A model generated the notes under the pieces. That model was not told where the DNA came from. It ran no database searches and saw only the letters and a list, made by a program, of their open reading frames with translations. 64,000 nt of DNA from a virus, in IMG/VR virus record IMGVR_UViG_3300030451_005783. One strand, given 5' to 3'. The position numbers were made by a program, and so were the translations under genes. Shown here in pieces: positions 47,138 through 56,514 of this stretch (position 1 is its first letter; each line of letters starts with the position of its first letter).

Positions 47138-48168
47138 TGATAATTACTTATTTCCGCAGTTCATCATATAATACCCATTGTATGTGTGAGCAACAATACT
47201 TTTTCGACTATGTATTAGGATATAGGTCTCCATCAAATAAGAAAGCTGACAAAGGCACAATAGTACATAAAATATTAGAGATATTGGCTTTTATTAAGTT
47301 TACCCAACAAAAACAAAAAGAAACATTTGTAGACGATATAGTAGGAGAAGTAGATGTTAATGATTATGACTTAACAGAACTTAGCACACAAGTGTATGAT
47401 TATTATACATCCAGCTTTAATCATCATGAATGGTCTGAAAAAGATAAAAAAGACTGTTTTAAATGGGCACACAAAGCTATCACTTATGCTGATGGTATGT
47501 TTGATCCTAGAAATAGGGATATACTTTATCCAGAACAACAATTTGATATTACCATAGACAAACCATGGGCAAAATATAATTATGGTGACTTAAAAGGTAC
47601 ACTTTCCATTAAGGGTACTATAGATTTAATTACTAAAGTTAATGAAGACACACTAGAAATTATTGATTGGAAAACAGGCAGAAGGTTAAATTGGGCAACT
47701 GGCGAAGAAAAGACACAGGAAAAATTAGAACAAGATCCACAGCTTATGATCTACTTCTATGCTGCACAAAAATTATATCCAGAACTTAAACACTGTATTG
47801 TAACTATCTACTTTATTAATGATGGTGGGCCGTTCAGTATGACCTTTGATCGCTCGGATATTATAAAAACAGAAAATTTATTGAGAACAAAATTTGAAAA
47901 GATAAAAAAATGTAATAAGCCTAAACTAAGCAAAAGTTGGAAGTGTACAAAATTATGTCATTACGGCAAAAACAACTTTAGTGGTACTGATGTAAAGCCA
48001 ATGATTGAATATCGTGAAGGTAAGATATGTCAACAAGGTGATTTTATGACTATGTGTGAACAGGTAAAACACGACATAGAAATGAATGGAATGAAATCTG
48101 TAGTTGACGAATACACTGTTCCCGGTTATAATGTAGGATATTACAAAGCTCCTGGAAGTACCGAATGA
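47137..48168 (+). CDS. PD-(D/E)XK nuclease (Cas4/AddB-like)
   Basis: CMCEQQY, KGTIVH, GTIDL, IDWKTG, QLMIY, C-terminal CTKLC. Confidence 0.8.
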   Translation: MIITYFRSSSYNTHCMCEQQYFFDYVLGYRSPSNKKADKGTIVHKILEILAFIKFTQQKQKETFVDDIVGEVDVNDYDLTELSTQVYDYYTSSFNHHEWSEKDKKDCFKWAHKAITYADGMFDPRNRDILYPEQQFDITIDKPWAKYNYGDLKGTLSIKGTIDLITKVNEDTLEIIDWKTGRRLNWATGEEKTQEKLEQDPQLMIYFYAAQKLYPELKHCIVTIYFINDGGPFSMTFDRSDIIKTENLLRTKFEKIKKCNKPKLSKSWKCTKLCHYGKNNFSGTDVKPMIEYREGKICQQGDFMTMCEQVKHDIEMNGMKSVVDEYTVPGYNVGYYKAPGSTE

Positions 48169-50015
48169 AAAATTATACGCCTTTGCATTTACACACGCAC
48201 TATTCTTTATTGGACGGATTATCTAAACCTGAAGATGTAGCAAAACGCTGCAATAAACTTAATATGTCAAGCTGTGCCATAACAGATCATGGCTCAATCT
48301 CTGGATGTATAAAGTTTTTCCAAACCATGAAACATAACAACATCAAACCTATACTTGGTGTTGAACTATACATATCAGACAAAGATAGTGGGATAAAAGA
48401 AAAAGAAAACAGAAAATTATCTCACATGCTTTTGCTGTCGAAAAATTTACAAGGATGGAAAAATTTAATTGAAATAGTTTCTGAGTCTAACAAGCCAGAA
48501 AACTACTACTATAAACCTAGACTAGATATTGATAAATTAAAAGACAAGCTGTCTCAAGGCAATATTATTGGCATGAGTGGTCATCCGGGCTCCTATCTAG
48601 CAAACAAGATCTATAAAGAAGACAAGTTTGTATCAGACTCTAAAATAGTAAAAGAGATTGGTGAACTATCTGAAATTTTTGGTAAAGATAATTTTTTTGT
48701 AGAAGTACAACTTATGGACAAAGAAAATGAATACCAACAAATTATCGGCAATAAACTACGGGATATTTGCAATATAAATAAGATAGCTAAAATATCTAGT
48801 ATAGATGCTCATTATTGTGAAAGATATGATGCTGTAGATCAAAGAATTTTACTGTGTAGCAATCTAAAAATGACTTTACCCCAAGTCGCAAGCAAGCTAT
48901 CTTCTGGAGAGAGTTTTGGTCTAGACTCCTTTTTTAAATCCGATAGTTATCATGTTTTGTCGCATGAAGAAATGAATGAAGTAAATACAGAAGACGAAAT
49001 AGAAAATACCAACTTGGTAGACTCATTGTGTGAAGATTATGATATATTAGAGAAACCACACCTACCAGACTTTAAGTGTCCAGAAGGATATGACCCAGCA
49101 GAATATCTTAGACAGCTTTGTAGAGATGGCTGGAAAGATAAAATAGCAACCGATGTAGACAAATCATTACATCAGCAATATGTAGATAGAATTAAATATG
49201 AGCTAGATGTTCTTCAAGGTGCAGACCTATCTAGTTACTTTTTAATTGTGCAAGACATAGTGAATCATGTGCGTAATCAAGGATGGCTACCGGGTCCGGG
49301 TAGAGGTAGTGCTGCTGGATGTCTTGTTTCTTACCTAATTGGCATTACCGCTATAGACCCAATCAAGTATGAATTAATTTTTGAAAGATTTTATAACGCT
49401 GGTAGAAATACTAAGGGTAGAGTATCTATGCCAGATATTGATGTTGATGTTCCTATGGACCAAAGAGAGAATATCATTGACTATATTAAAGACACATATG
49501 GACAAGATAAAGTTTCTCAAATGATTACCTATAACACATTGAAGGGTAGGGGTTCTTTAAAAGAAGTTTTAAGGGTATATAGTAATATTTCTTTTGAAGA
49601 AATGAATCAAATTACCAAGCATATACCAGACGAAGCTAAGATTGCTGATGAACTACAAGAAATGAAAGATTCTTCTATTATTAAATGGGCTTTAGAAAAT
49701 AACCAGAAACCACTTAAGGATTGGTGCTATTTAAAAGACGATAAATTAGCTGGCCCACTTGCAAAAAGGTTTGAACAGGCTATTAGATTAGAAGGGACTA
49801 AATGCAATCAATCTAAACATGCAGCGGGTATAGCTATATCACAAAGCAGTCTATCGTCTATATGTCCAATGATATATGACACAAAAACTAAAAAAAATAT
49901 TGCTGGCTTAGAGATGAATGATTTAGAGTCTATTGGTGTAGTAAAATTTGATATCTTAGGTATCGGTTTATTAGATAAAATGATGGGCGTACAATCACTT
50001 TTACAAGAGGTATAA
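48165..50015 (+). CDS. dnaE: DNA polymerase III alpha, N-terminal half (PHP, palm, thumb)
   Basis: HLHTHYSLLDG, TDHG, GPGRGSAAG, FERF, SMPDIDVD, HAAG, KFDILG; ends shortly afterwards. Confidence 0.92.
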   Translation: MKNYTPLHLHTHYSLLDGLSKPEDVAKRCNKLNMSSCAITDHGSISGCIKFFQTMKHNNIKPILGVELYISDKDSGIKEKENRKLSHMLLLSKNLQGWKNLIEIVSESNKPENYYYKPRLDIDKLKDKLSQGNIIGMSGHPGSYLANKIYKEDKFVSDSKIVKEIGELSEIFGKDNFFVEVQLMDKENEYQQIIGNKLRDICNINKIAKISSIDAHYCERYDAVDQRILLCSNLKMTLPQVASKLSSGESFGLDSFFKSDSYHVLSHEEMNEVNTEDEIENTNLVDSLCEDYDILEKPHLPDFKCPEGYDPAEYLRQLCRDGWKDKIATDVDKSLHQQYVDRIKYELDVLQGADLSSYFLIVQDIVNHVRNQGWLPGPGRGSAAGCLVSYLIGITAIDPIKYELIFERFYNAGRNTKGRVSMPDIDVDVPMDQRENIIDYIKDTYGQDKVSQMITYNTLKGRGSLKEVLRVYSNISFEEMNQITKHIPDEAKIADELQEMKDSSIIKWALENNQKPLKDWCYLKDDKLAGPLAKRFEQAIRLEGTKCNQSKHAAGIAISQSSLSSICPMIYDTKTKKNIAGLEMNDLESIGVVKFDILGIGLLDKMMGVQSLLQEV

Positions 50016-50017
50016 TC

Positions 50018-50206
50018 ATGACTAAATTCGGCAGACTAGCTGTTGGCACTAAGTTTACACTAGATGGCCAAGAATGCGAAAAGGTTGATCCGGTTAAAAA
50101 AAGCTGTTGTCAGCTAAAAAGAAATGCCCGGATTATTGAAGGTGATGAGGATTTAATTATTGATGGAAATAAGGAAGTCGAAGTTATAGAGAATGAACAA
50201 GAATAA
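50018..50206 (+). CDS. Small beta-rich hypothetical protein inside the split dnaE locus
   Basis: 62 aa ORF filling the gap; GAGG upstream; overlaps the next gene. Confidence 0.6.
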   Translation: MTKFGRLAVGTKFTLDGQECEKVDPVKKSCCQLKRNARIIEGDEDLIIDGNKEVEVIENEQE

Positions 50207-50912
50207 GATATGTGTATTTGATTTCGAAACCGATGGGGCCAATCCCAACGTGTGCAGTCCTGTACAACTGGCTGCTGTTATGGTTGACCCCTACAGGTTA
50301 GAAATTATTAAGGATTCTGAATTTAATATTAATCTTAAACCAGAAAAGTTAGAAAAGGCTAAAGGGGTAACTATTGATAATCACCCCTATACCGATTCTG
50401 ATATTTTAGATTGGCATGGTAAAGTTCGTGGGGTAGATAAAAGCCAAATACTTAATGATTGGCTACAATATCCAGAACAAAAACATTCATGGCAACAGTT
50501 TATGGGATATCTAGAAAACTACCATCTGGTAGGATCTGGCAAAAGTAAAAAAAGTAAATTTACAGCGCCCGTGGCATGTGGATATAATATAAATAGATTT
50601 GATATGAAAATTATAGACAGACTTAGTGAAAAGTATGATAACTTTGACACTAAAGAAAGAAACACATCTATATTTCATCCTAGAGATAGAATTGACTTAA
50701 TGTATGTTGTAGGATTGTGGCTGATGTATGTACCAGAGATTAAATCTATTTCATTAGACTCTATTAGAACATACATGGGAATAAATTCTGATAATGCGCA
50801 CGACGCCTTGAAAGATGTTACAGACTGTGCTAATATACTAATAAGATTTTTAAGACTACACAAGAACCTTGCTCAAAGAATACAGTTTAAGAATTGTTTT
50901 GCAGATGAATAG
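50193..50912 (+). CDS. dnaQ: DEDDh 3'-5' exonuclease (DnaQ/epsilon-like)
   Basis: FDFETDG (ExoI), GYNINRFD (ExoII), HDALKD (ExoIII). Confidence 0.85.
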   Translation: MNKNKICVFDFETDGANPNVCSPVQLAAVMVDPYRLEIIKDSEFNINLKPEKLEKAKGVTIDNHPYTDSDILDWHGKVRGVDKSQILNDWLQYPEQKHSWQQFMGYLENYHLVGSGKSKKSKFTAPVACGYNINRFDMKIIDRLSEKYDNFDTKERNTSIFHPRDRIDLMYVVGLWLMYVPEIKSISLDSIRTYMGINSDNAHDALKDVTDCANILIRFLRLHKNLAQRIQFKNCFADE

Positions 50913-52479
50913 AAAATGTGATTGTAAATTTAAAAAAGTTGGTAAAAAAGTAAATTTGGATTTAAGGCTAGAAACTTTAGATCTAAATTGTAAAACTACT
51001 TGGGATTTAATTAGTAGTGGGAATACTAAGGGTTGTTTTCAATTAGAGTCTAGACTAGGCCAAACAATGGCCAAAAAGCTCAAGCCCACAAATATAGAAC
51101 AGCTATCAGCACTAATTAGTATTCTCAGGCCCGGATGCTTAGAGGCGTACAGAGATGGTAAAAATGTATCTAACCATTATATAGACAAAAAGAATGGATT
51201 AGAAACAGTAGACCATTATCATGATGCTCTTAAAGATATTCTATCTACCACATATGGTGAAATGATTTATCAAGAGCAAGCTATGCAAATTGCTCAAAAA
51301 ATCGCAGGCTTTAATCTGCAAGATGCCGATGTTCTGCGTAAGGCTATTGGTAAAAAGAAAGCTGACCTGATGGCCGAAGTTAAGAAACAGTTTATTGATG
51401 GGGCAAAAAAGGCAAACATTGTTAATACTGAAGAGGCTGAAGAAATCTTTGGTTGGATTGAAAAGAGTCAAAGATATAGCTTTAATAAAAGTCATGCTAT
51501 TAGTTATGCTATGAACGCATATTTGTCGGCGTATGTAAAAGCACATTTCCCATCTAGGTTTTTTGTATCATACCTAAAGTTCGCTAAAGATAAAATAGAT
51601 CCACTACAAGAGATATATGAATTAGTTAGTAATTGTAGAGAAATGGCTATTGATGTATGTAATCCTAATTTTAAATTATTAAATAAAGATTTTGTTTTAA
51701 AAGATAAATGTATTTATTTTGGTTTGACAAACATCAAAGGGGTTGGAGAGTCTGTATTTAAAAAGCTACAAGACATTAAGATAGATATAGAACAAGCATC
51801 TTATCTACAAATACTATTTATAGTTTTAGACAACATAAATAAAACAGCAGCCAAGAATATGATATCTGTAGGTTGCTTTGATTACTTTAATGTTGACAGA
51901 AAGCAAATGTTGTTTGATTTTGATATTATTACAAACTTAACAAAAAAAGAAAAAGAGTTTGTCATAATGAATATTGCAGGATATGATAATATATCGCAAT
52001 GTGTTGAGGGTGTTCTTACTAAAGTAAATGCTAGAAGACGCAAGTCTGTGGAATCTATATTTCACTCACTAAAAAATCCTGCATATAGTCTATCCGATAC
52101 AATATCGTGGATAGCAGACACAGAAAGTCAACTATTAGGAATCAGTGTATCTTGTTCAAAAATAGATGAATGTGATTTGAATTTTGTAAATACTGACTGT
52201 AGAACCCTAAAAGACTCAAAAACATCTTCTAAGAATATAATGATAGGTATAGAAATAAAAGACGTTAATATTATAAAAACAAAAAGAGGAGCAAATCCAG
52301 GACAGGAAATGGCTTTTGTAAAGGTTACTGATAGCACTGGTTCTCTAGATGCTGTAATTTTTCCAGAAGAATTTAAAACCTTTAAACATCTTTTGTCTAT
52401 TGATAATACTGCTGTAATGAAATTAGAGCAGTCAAAGAAAAAAGACGGAATGATAATTAAAAAGGTATGGCAAGTCTAG
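50905..52479 (+). CDS. dnaE: DNA polymerase III alpha, C-terminal half (fingers, HhH, OB fold)
   Basis: GCFQLES, LRPG, IYQEQ, ADVLRKAIGKK, YSFNKSHA, FGLTNIKGVG, EMAFVKVTDSTG; ATG 50905. Confidence 0.92.
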   Translation: MNRKCDCKFKKVGKKVNLDLRLETLDLNCKTTWDLISSGNTKGCFQLESRLGQTMAKKLKPTNIEQLSALISILRPGCLEAYRDGKNVSNHYIDKKNGLETVDHYHDALKDILSTTYGEMIYQEQAMQIAQKIAGFNLQDADVLRKAIGKKKADLMAEVKKQFIDGAKKANIVNTEEAEEIFGWIEKSQRYSFNKSHAISYAMNAYLSAYVKAHFPSRFFVSYLKFAKDKIDPLQEIYELVSNCREMAIDVCNPNFKLLNKDFVLKDKCIYFGLTNIKGVGESVFKKLQDIKIDIEQASYLQILFIVLDNINKTAAKNMISVGCFDYFNVDRKQMLFDFDIITNLTKKEKEFVIMNIAGYDNISQCVEGVLTKVNARRRKSVESIFHSLKNPAYSLSDTISWIADTESQLLGISVSCSKIDECDLNFVNTDCRTLKDSKTSSKNIMIGIEIKDVNIIKTKRGANPGQEMAFVKVTDSTGSLDAVIFPEEFKTFKHLLSIDNTAVMKLEQSKKKDGMIIKKVWQV

Positions 52480-52480
52480 C

Positions 52481-52508
52481 TTGACATTATATCTGCGTTT
52501 GATATAAT
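52481..52508 (+). promoter_or_regulatory. Consensus sigma70 promoter with extended -10
   Basis: TTGACA (52481-52486)-N16-TATAAT (52503-52508), with TG at 52500-52501. Confidence 0.75.
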
Positions 52509-52546
52509 AGCTTATTGTGTTACTTTCTTTTGAATAAGGAGAAACT

Positions 52547-52939
52547 ATGAATTTAGTTTTGTTGAAGGGCAATCTGGCCAGGGATCCAGAATTGCGTACT
52601 ATTAATACTGCCAATGGCAAGTCTACATCTGTAGTTAATTTTACAGTAGCCGTGTCTAGGGAGTATACCAAGGCCGATGGTAAGACTGATCAGGTCACTA
52701 CTTTTGTTCCGTGTGAGGCTTGGGACACAGGGGCAGAGAATATCAACTCATCTTTTAGTAAGGGTGATCTGGTGATGCTTGAAGGGTCTCTCAGAAAGGA
52801 TAGCTGGGAAAAAGAGCTAGAGTCTGGAGAGAAAATTAAGCAGTCCACTATGAAGATTCGTGTCAGCAATTTTGCAAAGATTACTAGAACTGCTGCTAGT
52901 AAGAAAAGCAAGGCTGAAAAAGAATCTTTGGCATTTTAG
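52547..52939 (+). CDS. ssb: Single-stranded DNA-binding protein
   Basis: NLVLLKGNLARDPELR, NFTVAV, KGDLVMLEGSL; SD AAGGAG. Confidence 0.9.
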   Translation: MNLVLLKGNLARDPELRTINTANGKSTSVVNFTVAVSREYTKADGKTDQVTTFVPCEAWDTGAENINSSFSKGDLVMLEGSLRKDSWEKELESGEKIKQSTMKIRVSNFAKITRTAASKKSKAEKESLAF

Positions 52940-52963
52940 ACTTAAATCCATAAGGACTATTAA

Positions 52964-54598
52964 ATGGGCAAAAAAAGAATATTTATGTGTGCAGAGTCTA
53001 GTCATGTAGATTCAGGCTTTGGTAATTATACCAGAAATGTTCTTTCAAGACTGTACCAGACAGGTAAGTATGAAATTGCTGAACTGTCTGCGTACAGAAG
53101 CCCTGCCATGAAAAAAGATTTTCCTTGGAAAATATATCCTGTCGTACCTCCAGAATCAGACAAAGAAATATTTAAAACGTACTCATCTGCACCACACCAC
53201 GCTTTTGGCGCTTGGGCATTTGAAGTTGCGATACAAGACTTTAAGCCAGATATTGTATTTGATGTCAGAGACTACTGGATGTTAAACTTCCCAGAGTCAT
53301 CTCCATATAGACCTTACTTTCACTGGATGGTAGCGCCAACAATTGATTCAGCACCACAAAGAAAAGAGTGGCTACAAACTTTTGCAAACGCAGATACAAT
53401 TTCAGGACATACAAAATGGGGTATAGATTATCTTAGATCTACTAAAATACCCATGAACTTTGTCGATCCTGTAAACGATGCAGTAAACACCGATGTTTTT
53501 AGACCAAGTAGCCAACCTAAAGAAATACTTAAATCACAACTGGGTATTGATCCTAATCATTTTATTATAGGGTCTGTGATGCGTAATCAAAAACGCAAAC
53601 TTATACCTAATTTAATTAAGATCATCAAACAAGTAGCACAAAGAATACCTAATGCTAAATTGTATTTACATACCAGCTATCCTGATATGAATGCGTGGGA
53701 TATACCATCGTTACTTATGGAGCATGATGCTGTAGATTTAGTATATTTTTCTTTTAAATGCGCAAGTTGCGGCAAGCATTTTTCTAGAAAGTATAGCGAG
53801 ACACCATCACATTGTCCACATTGCAAAAAACAAGCAGCTTCTTTTTGTAGCGTAGCTAATGGATTGTCAGAACCAGAATTATCTTCTATATTTAATGTAT
53901 TTGATTTATATGTCCAATATGCTATTTGTGAAGGTTTTGGTATTCCTCCAGTAGAAGCAGCTTCTTGCGGAGTGCCTGTAGTGACTATTGCTCATGGGGC
54001 GATGGAAGAAATAGGCCAAAATATTGGAGCAGATATTGTACCTCTATCTTGTACCTTTAGGGAGTTAGAAACTAATGCAGATAGAGTGTACCCTGATGAC
54101 AAAAAATGTGAAGATATACTTGTTGAGAAATGCAAGCAAATACAAAACATGAATTTTATTGAAAAAATGAAATCATCAGAAAATGTTAGAAAAGAATCTA
54201 TACAACATTACGATTGGGACAAAACAGCTAAAACTTTTGAAAATATATTTGATAACATTAAACTTACTGGACTTCAAGGTAAATGGGATTCACCAGAAAA
54301 TATGCCAAGACCTGATATTAAGGTGCCTCCATTACCAACACACAGAAAAACTATTGAATTTATAGTTAATAATATTATAAGAAGTCCACACATGATGCCA
54401 ACAGCTGCTGTACAACAAATTATTAGAAATCTAGACTTAGGATATCAACAAGAGGGTCAAAAGGTGTCTCCGTTTTCTTTTGAACAAGGAATGAAAGTTC
54501 TAGAGGCTAATATGAATAACAAGACTTTGTGGGAGTCCGTAAGAATGGGTAAGACTCCAGTTCCAGAATCATTAGAATATATTATAAATTACTCGTGA
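52964..54598 (+). CDS. GT4-like (GT-B) glycosyltransferase with an inserted zinc ribbon
   Basis: SGFGN, RNQKRK, CASC...CPHC, EGFGIPPVEA. Confidence 0.8.
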   Translation: MGKKRIFMCAESSHVDSGFGNYTRNVLSRLYQTGKYEIAELSAYRSPAMKKDFPWKIYPVVPPESDKEIFKTYSSAPHHAFGAWAFEVAIQDFKPDIVFDVRDYWMLNFPESSPYRPYFHWMVAPTIDSAPQRKEWLQTFANADTISGHTKWGIDYLRSTKIPMNFVDPVNDAVNTDVFRPSSQPKEILKSQLGIDPNHFIIGSVMRNQKRKLIPNLIKIIKQVAQRIPNAKLYLHTSYPDMNAWDIPSLLMEHDAVDLVYFSFKCASCGKHFSRKYSETPSHCPHCKKQAASFCSVANGLSEPELSSIFNVFDLYVQYAICEGFGIPPVEAASCGVPVVTIAHGAMEEIGQNIGADIVPLSCTFRELETNADRVYPDDKKCEDILVEKCKQIQNMNFIEKMKSSENVRKESIQHYDWDKTAKTFENIFDNIKLTGLQGKWDSPENMPRPDIKVPPLPTHRKTIEFIVNNIIRSPHMMPTAAVQQIIRNLDLGYQQEGQKVSPFSFEQGMKVLEANMNNKTLWESVRMGKTPVPESLEYIINYS

Positions 54599-55662
54599 AT
54601 GTTTTATATCTCGGTCATTACAGAGAAGATTCTGCTTTAGGTTACTCTTCTAGAAGGTATGTATCCGCACTACAAAACATACCAAATATAGAACTATCTA
54701 TTAGACCGGTATATTTACAAACAAAAACTTTTAATTATATATCCGAATCTATATTAGAGGCCGAAAGTAATACCTCTGACTCTTATGTTGCCGTAATCCA
54801 AGACACCATGCCAGAATATTATGAATATAATGCTAGCTTTGGTAAAAATATATGTGTGCCTAAGATTATTTCTAGAAAATTAAATCACACAGGATGGATC
54901 GAAAAGATAAACATGATGGACGAAGTTTGGGTAAACTCATTCTTTGCAGAAAAATCACTCAGAGAATCAGGTGTTGATAAACTTATAAAGGTATTACCAG
55001 AGCCTTTTGATTTAGATATAGATGTAAAAGAAAAATTATCTACAGACAAAGAATTTAATTTTTACACCATGTCATCTAGTTCGGATAAAGATAATCTTAT
55101 AGCATTATTGATAGCATATATATCAGAGTTTGACAAAACAGACAGAACAAGACTTATTATAAAAACGAACGGTGAAGATGAAGCAGAAATTAAAACATTA
55201 ATGTACAGTGCATACAGGATAGTTAAAAAAACTAGCGAAAATATTAATGAGCCGATAATTATTATGGGGGATTTAGACGAAGGTAAAATAAAAGAACTAT
55301 TGAATAATACAGACTGTTATATTGATGTGTCTAAAGGTTCTTATACAACATCTTCATGTATAGAGGCTTTAATATATAAAAGGATATGTATTGTTACAGA
55401 AGGTACAGCCAATGCTTCATATGTAACTAATGCCAATGGTTTTGTTGTAGACAGTAAAGAAGAAAACATAATGTCTGCATGTAAATATTCTACACATAAT
55501 ATTTCTAACATATATGAAACTTGGAATAATCCTAATATACAATCTATTAGATCTAAAATGAGAGAAGCTTATTATCTATCTAATGACGAAAGAAAAAACA
55601 AAATTGATAAAATTGATGCTGAGATTTTTAACAACAAAAAATTTAGCAGGTACATAGCATGA
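54595..55662 (+). CDS. GT4-like protein with degenerate donor-binding motifs
   Basis: GTG start; LGYSSRRYVSAL; DEVWVNS; DCYIDVSKGSYTTSSCIEAL in place of EGFGxxxxEA. Confidence 0.6.
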   Translation: MNVLYLGHYREDSALGYSSRRYVSALQNIPNIELSIRPVYLQTKTFNYISESILEAESNTSDSYVAVIQDTMPEYYEYNASFGKNICVPKIISRKLNHTGWIEKINMMDEVWVNSFFAEKSLRESGVDKLIKVLPEPFDLDIDVKEKLSTDKEFNFYTMSSSSDKDNLIALLIAYISEFDKTDRTRLIIKTNGEDEAEIKTLMYSAYRIVKKTSENINEPIIIMGDLDEGKIKELLNNTDCYIDVSKGSYTTSSCIEALIYKRICIVTEGTANASYVTNANGFVVDSKEENIMSACKYSTHNISNIYETWNNPNIQSIRSKMREAYYLSNDERKNKIDKIDAEIFNNKKFSRYIA

Positions 55663-56105
55663 TATCTAGCTTACTATCCAGAGAAATTAATAAAATTACA
55701 AATGTATTATGGATACCTAGCGATGACAAAAACTTTGAAAAATTTTTTAGAACCCTACAAGTATCTGTATTTACTTTAGACCAAATATATATAGGTAGCT
55801 TAGTTCCAGATATAATAATATCTAATGATAAAACTAAACATATAGATAAAATTATTAAACTTACTAAGTACCATCAGTGCCCTATTATATTTATTGACCA
55901 CGAAGAAAAATCTGATATGATAGATATAAGCAAGTTCCAGCAAAAGATTGCAGAATTACCTATTGTAAAGTTTGTGGCATTTTCTGAATCAATTAAAAAC
56001 TCTTGGGAAAACACCCATGACTTAGTATTAAATGACAATTCAGACAAAGACGAATGGCAACAACTTATTAATCAAACAAAGAAAATAATATATAAATATG
56101 AATAA
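55659..56105 (+). CDS. Hypothetical protein, GT-B N-domain-like
   Basis: 148 aa; PDIIISN, PIIFIDHE. Confidence 0.5.
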   Translation: MISSLLSREINKITNVLWIPSDDKNFEKFFRTLQVSVFTLDQIYIGSLVPDIIISNDKTKHIDKIIKLTKYHQCPIIFIDHEEKSDMIDISKFQQKIAELPIVKFVAFSESIKNSWENTHDLVLNDNSDKDEWQQLINQTKKIIYKYE

Positions 56106-56514
56106 TATCAGTTTATACCATAAAGAACAGATAGATGTTCCAAATAGTAAAAATGTATATTTTCAAGACATCAAGGAAATAGAAGATAGTTCTGTAGATA
56201 ATATTTATTTACACGACTGTTTAGACTTTGTTATTGTAGATCAACATTCAGAAATGCTCCAAATACTTTTTGCTAAACTAAAACCACAAGGCTTATTACA
56301 TATACAAGCACCAGACTTAAAACAACTAGCGATTGCTATTACGTTTGACAAGATTAAAATAGACATAGCACAACTAATATTATACAAAAGCAGACTGTTT
56401 CTGCACACAAGCCAAAACATCAAAGATATATTAGAGCATAATAATTATATTGTTATGAAACAAAAATATGTAAACATTTTCGAATACTTATTTATATGTA
56501 GCAAGAGCTCATGA
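56098..56514 (+). CDS. Truncated methyltransferase-like protein
   Basis: SSVDNIY, LKPQGLLHIQAPD; no GxGxG motif I. Confidence 0.5.
   Translation: MNNISLYHKEQIDVPNSKNVYFQDIKEIEDSSVDNIYLHDCLDFVIVDQHSEMLQILFAKLKPQGLLHIQAPDLKQLAIAITFDKIKIDIAQLILYKSRLFLHTSQNIKDILEHNNYIVMKQKYVNIFEYLFICSKSS

Noticed and set aside
47137-48168. Cas4-like nuclease as a sign of a CRISPR system
   Set aside because: Sits among replication genes with no array or other cas genes; stand-alone phage PD-(D/E)XK nucleases are common
50016-50904. Split intein or fractured gene with a homing endonuclease explaining the dnaE split
   Set aside because: No intein-like extension on either half, FNKSH is intact, and the interposed genes are not homing endonucleases
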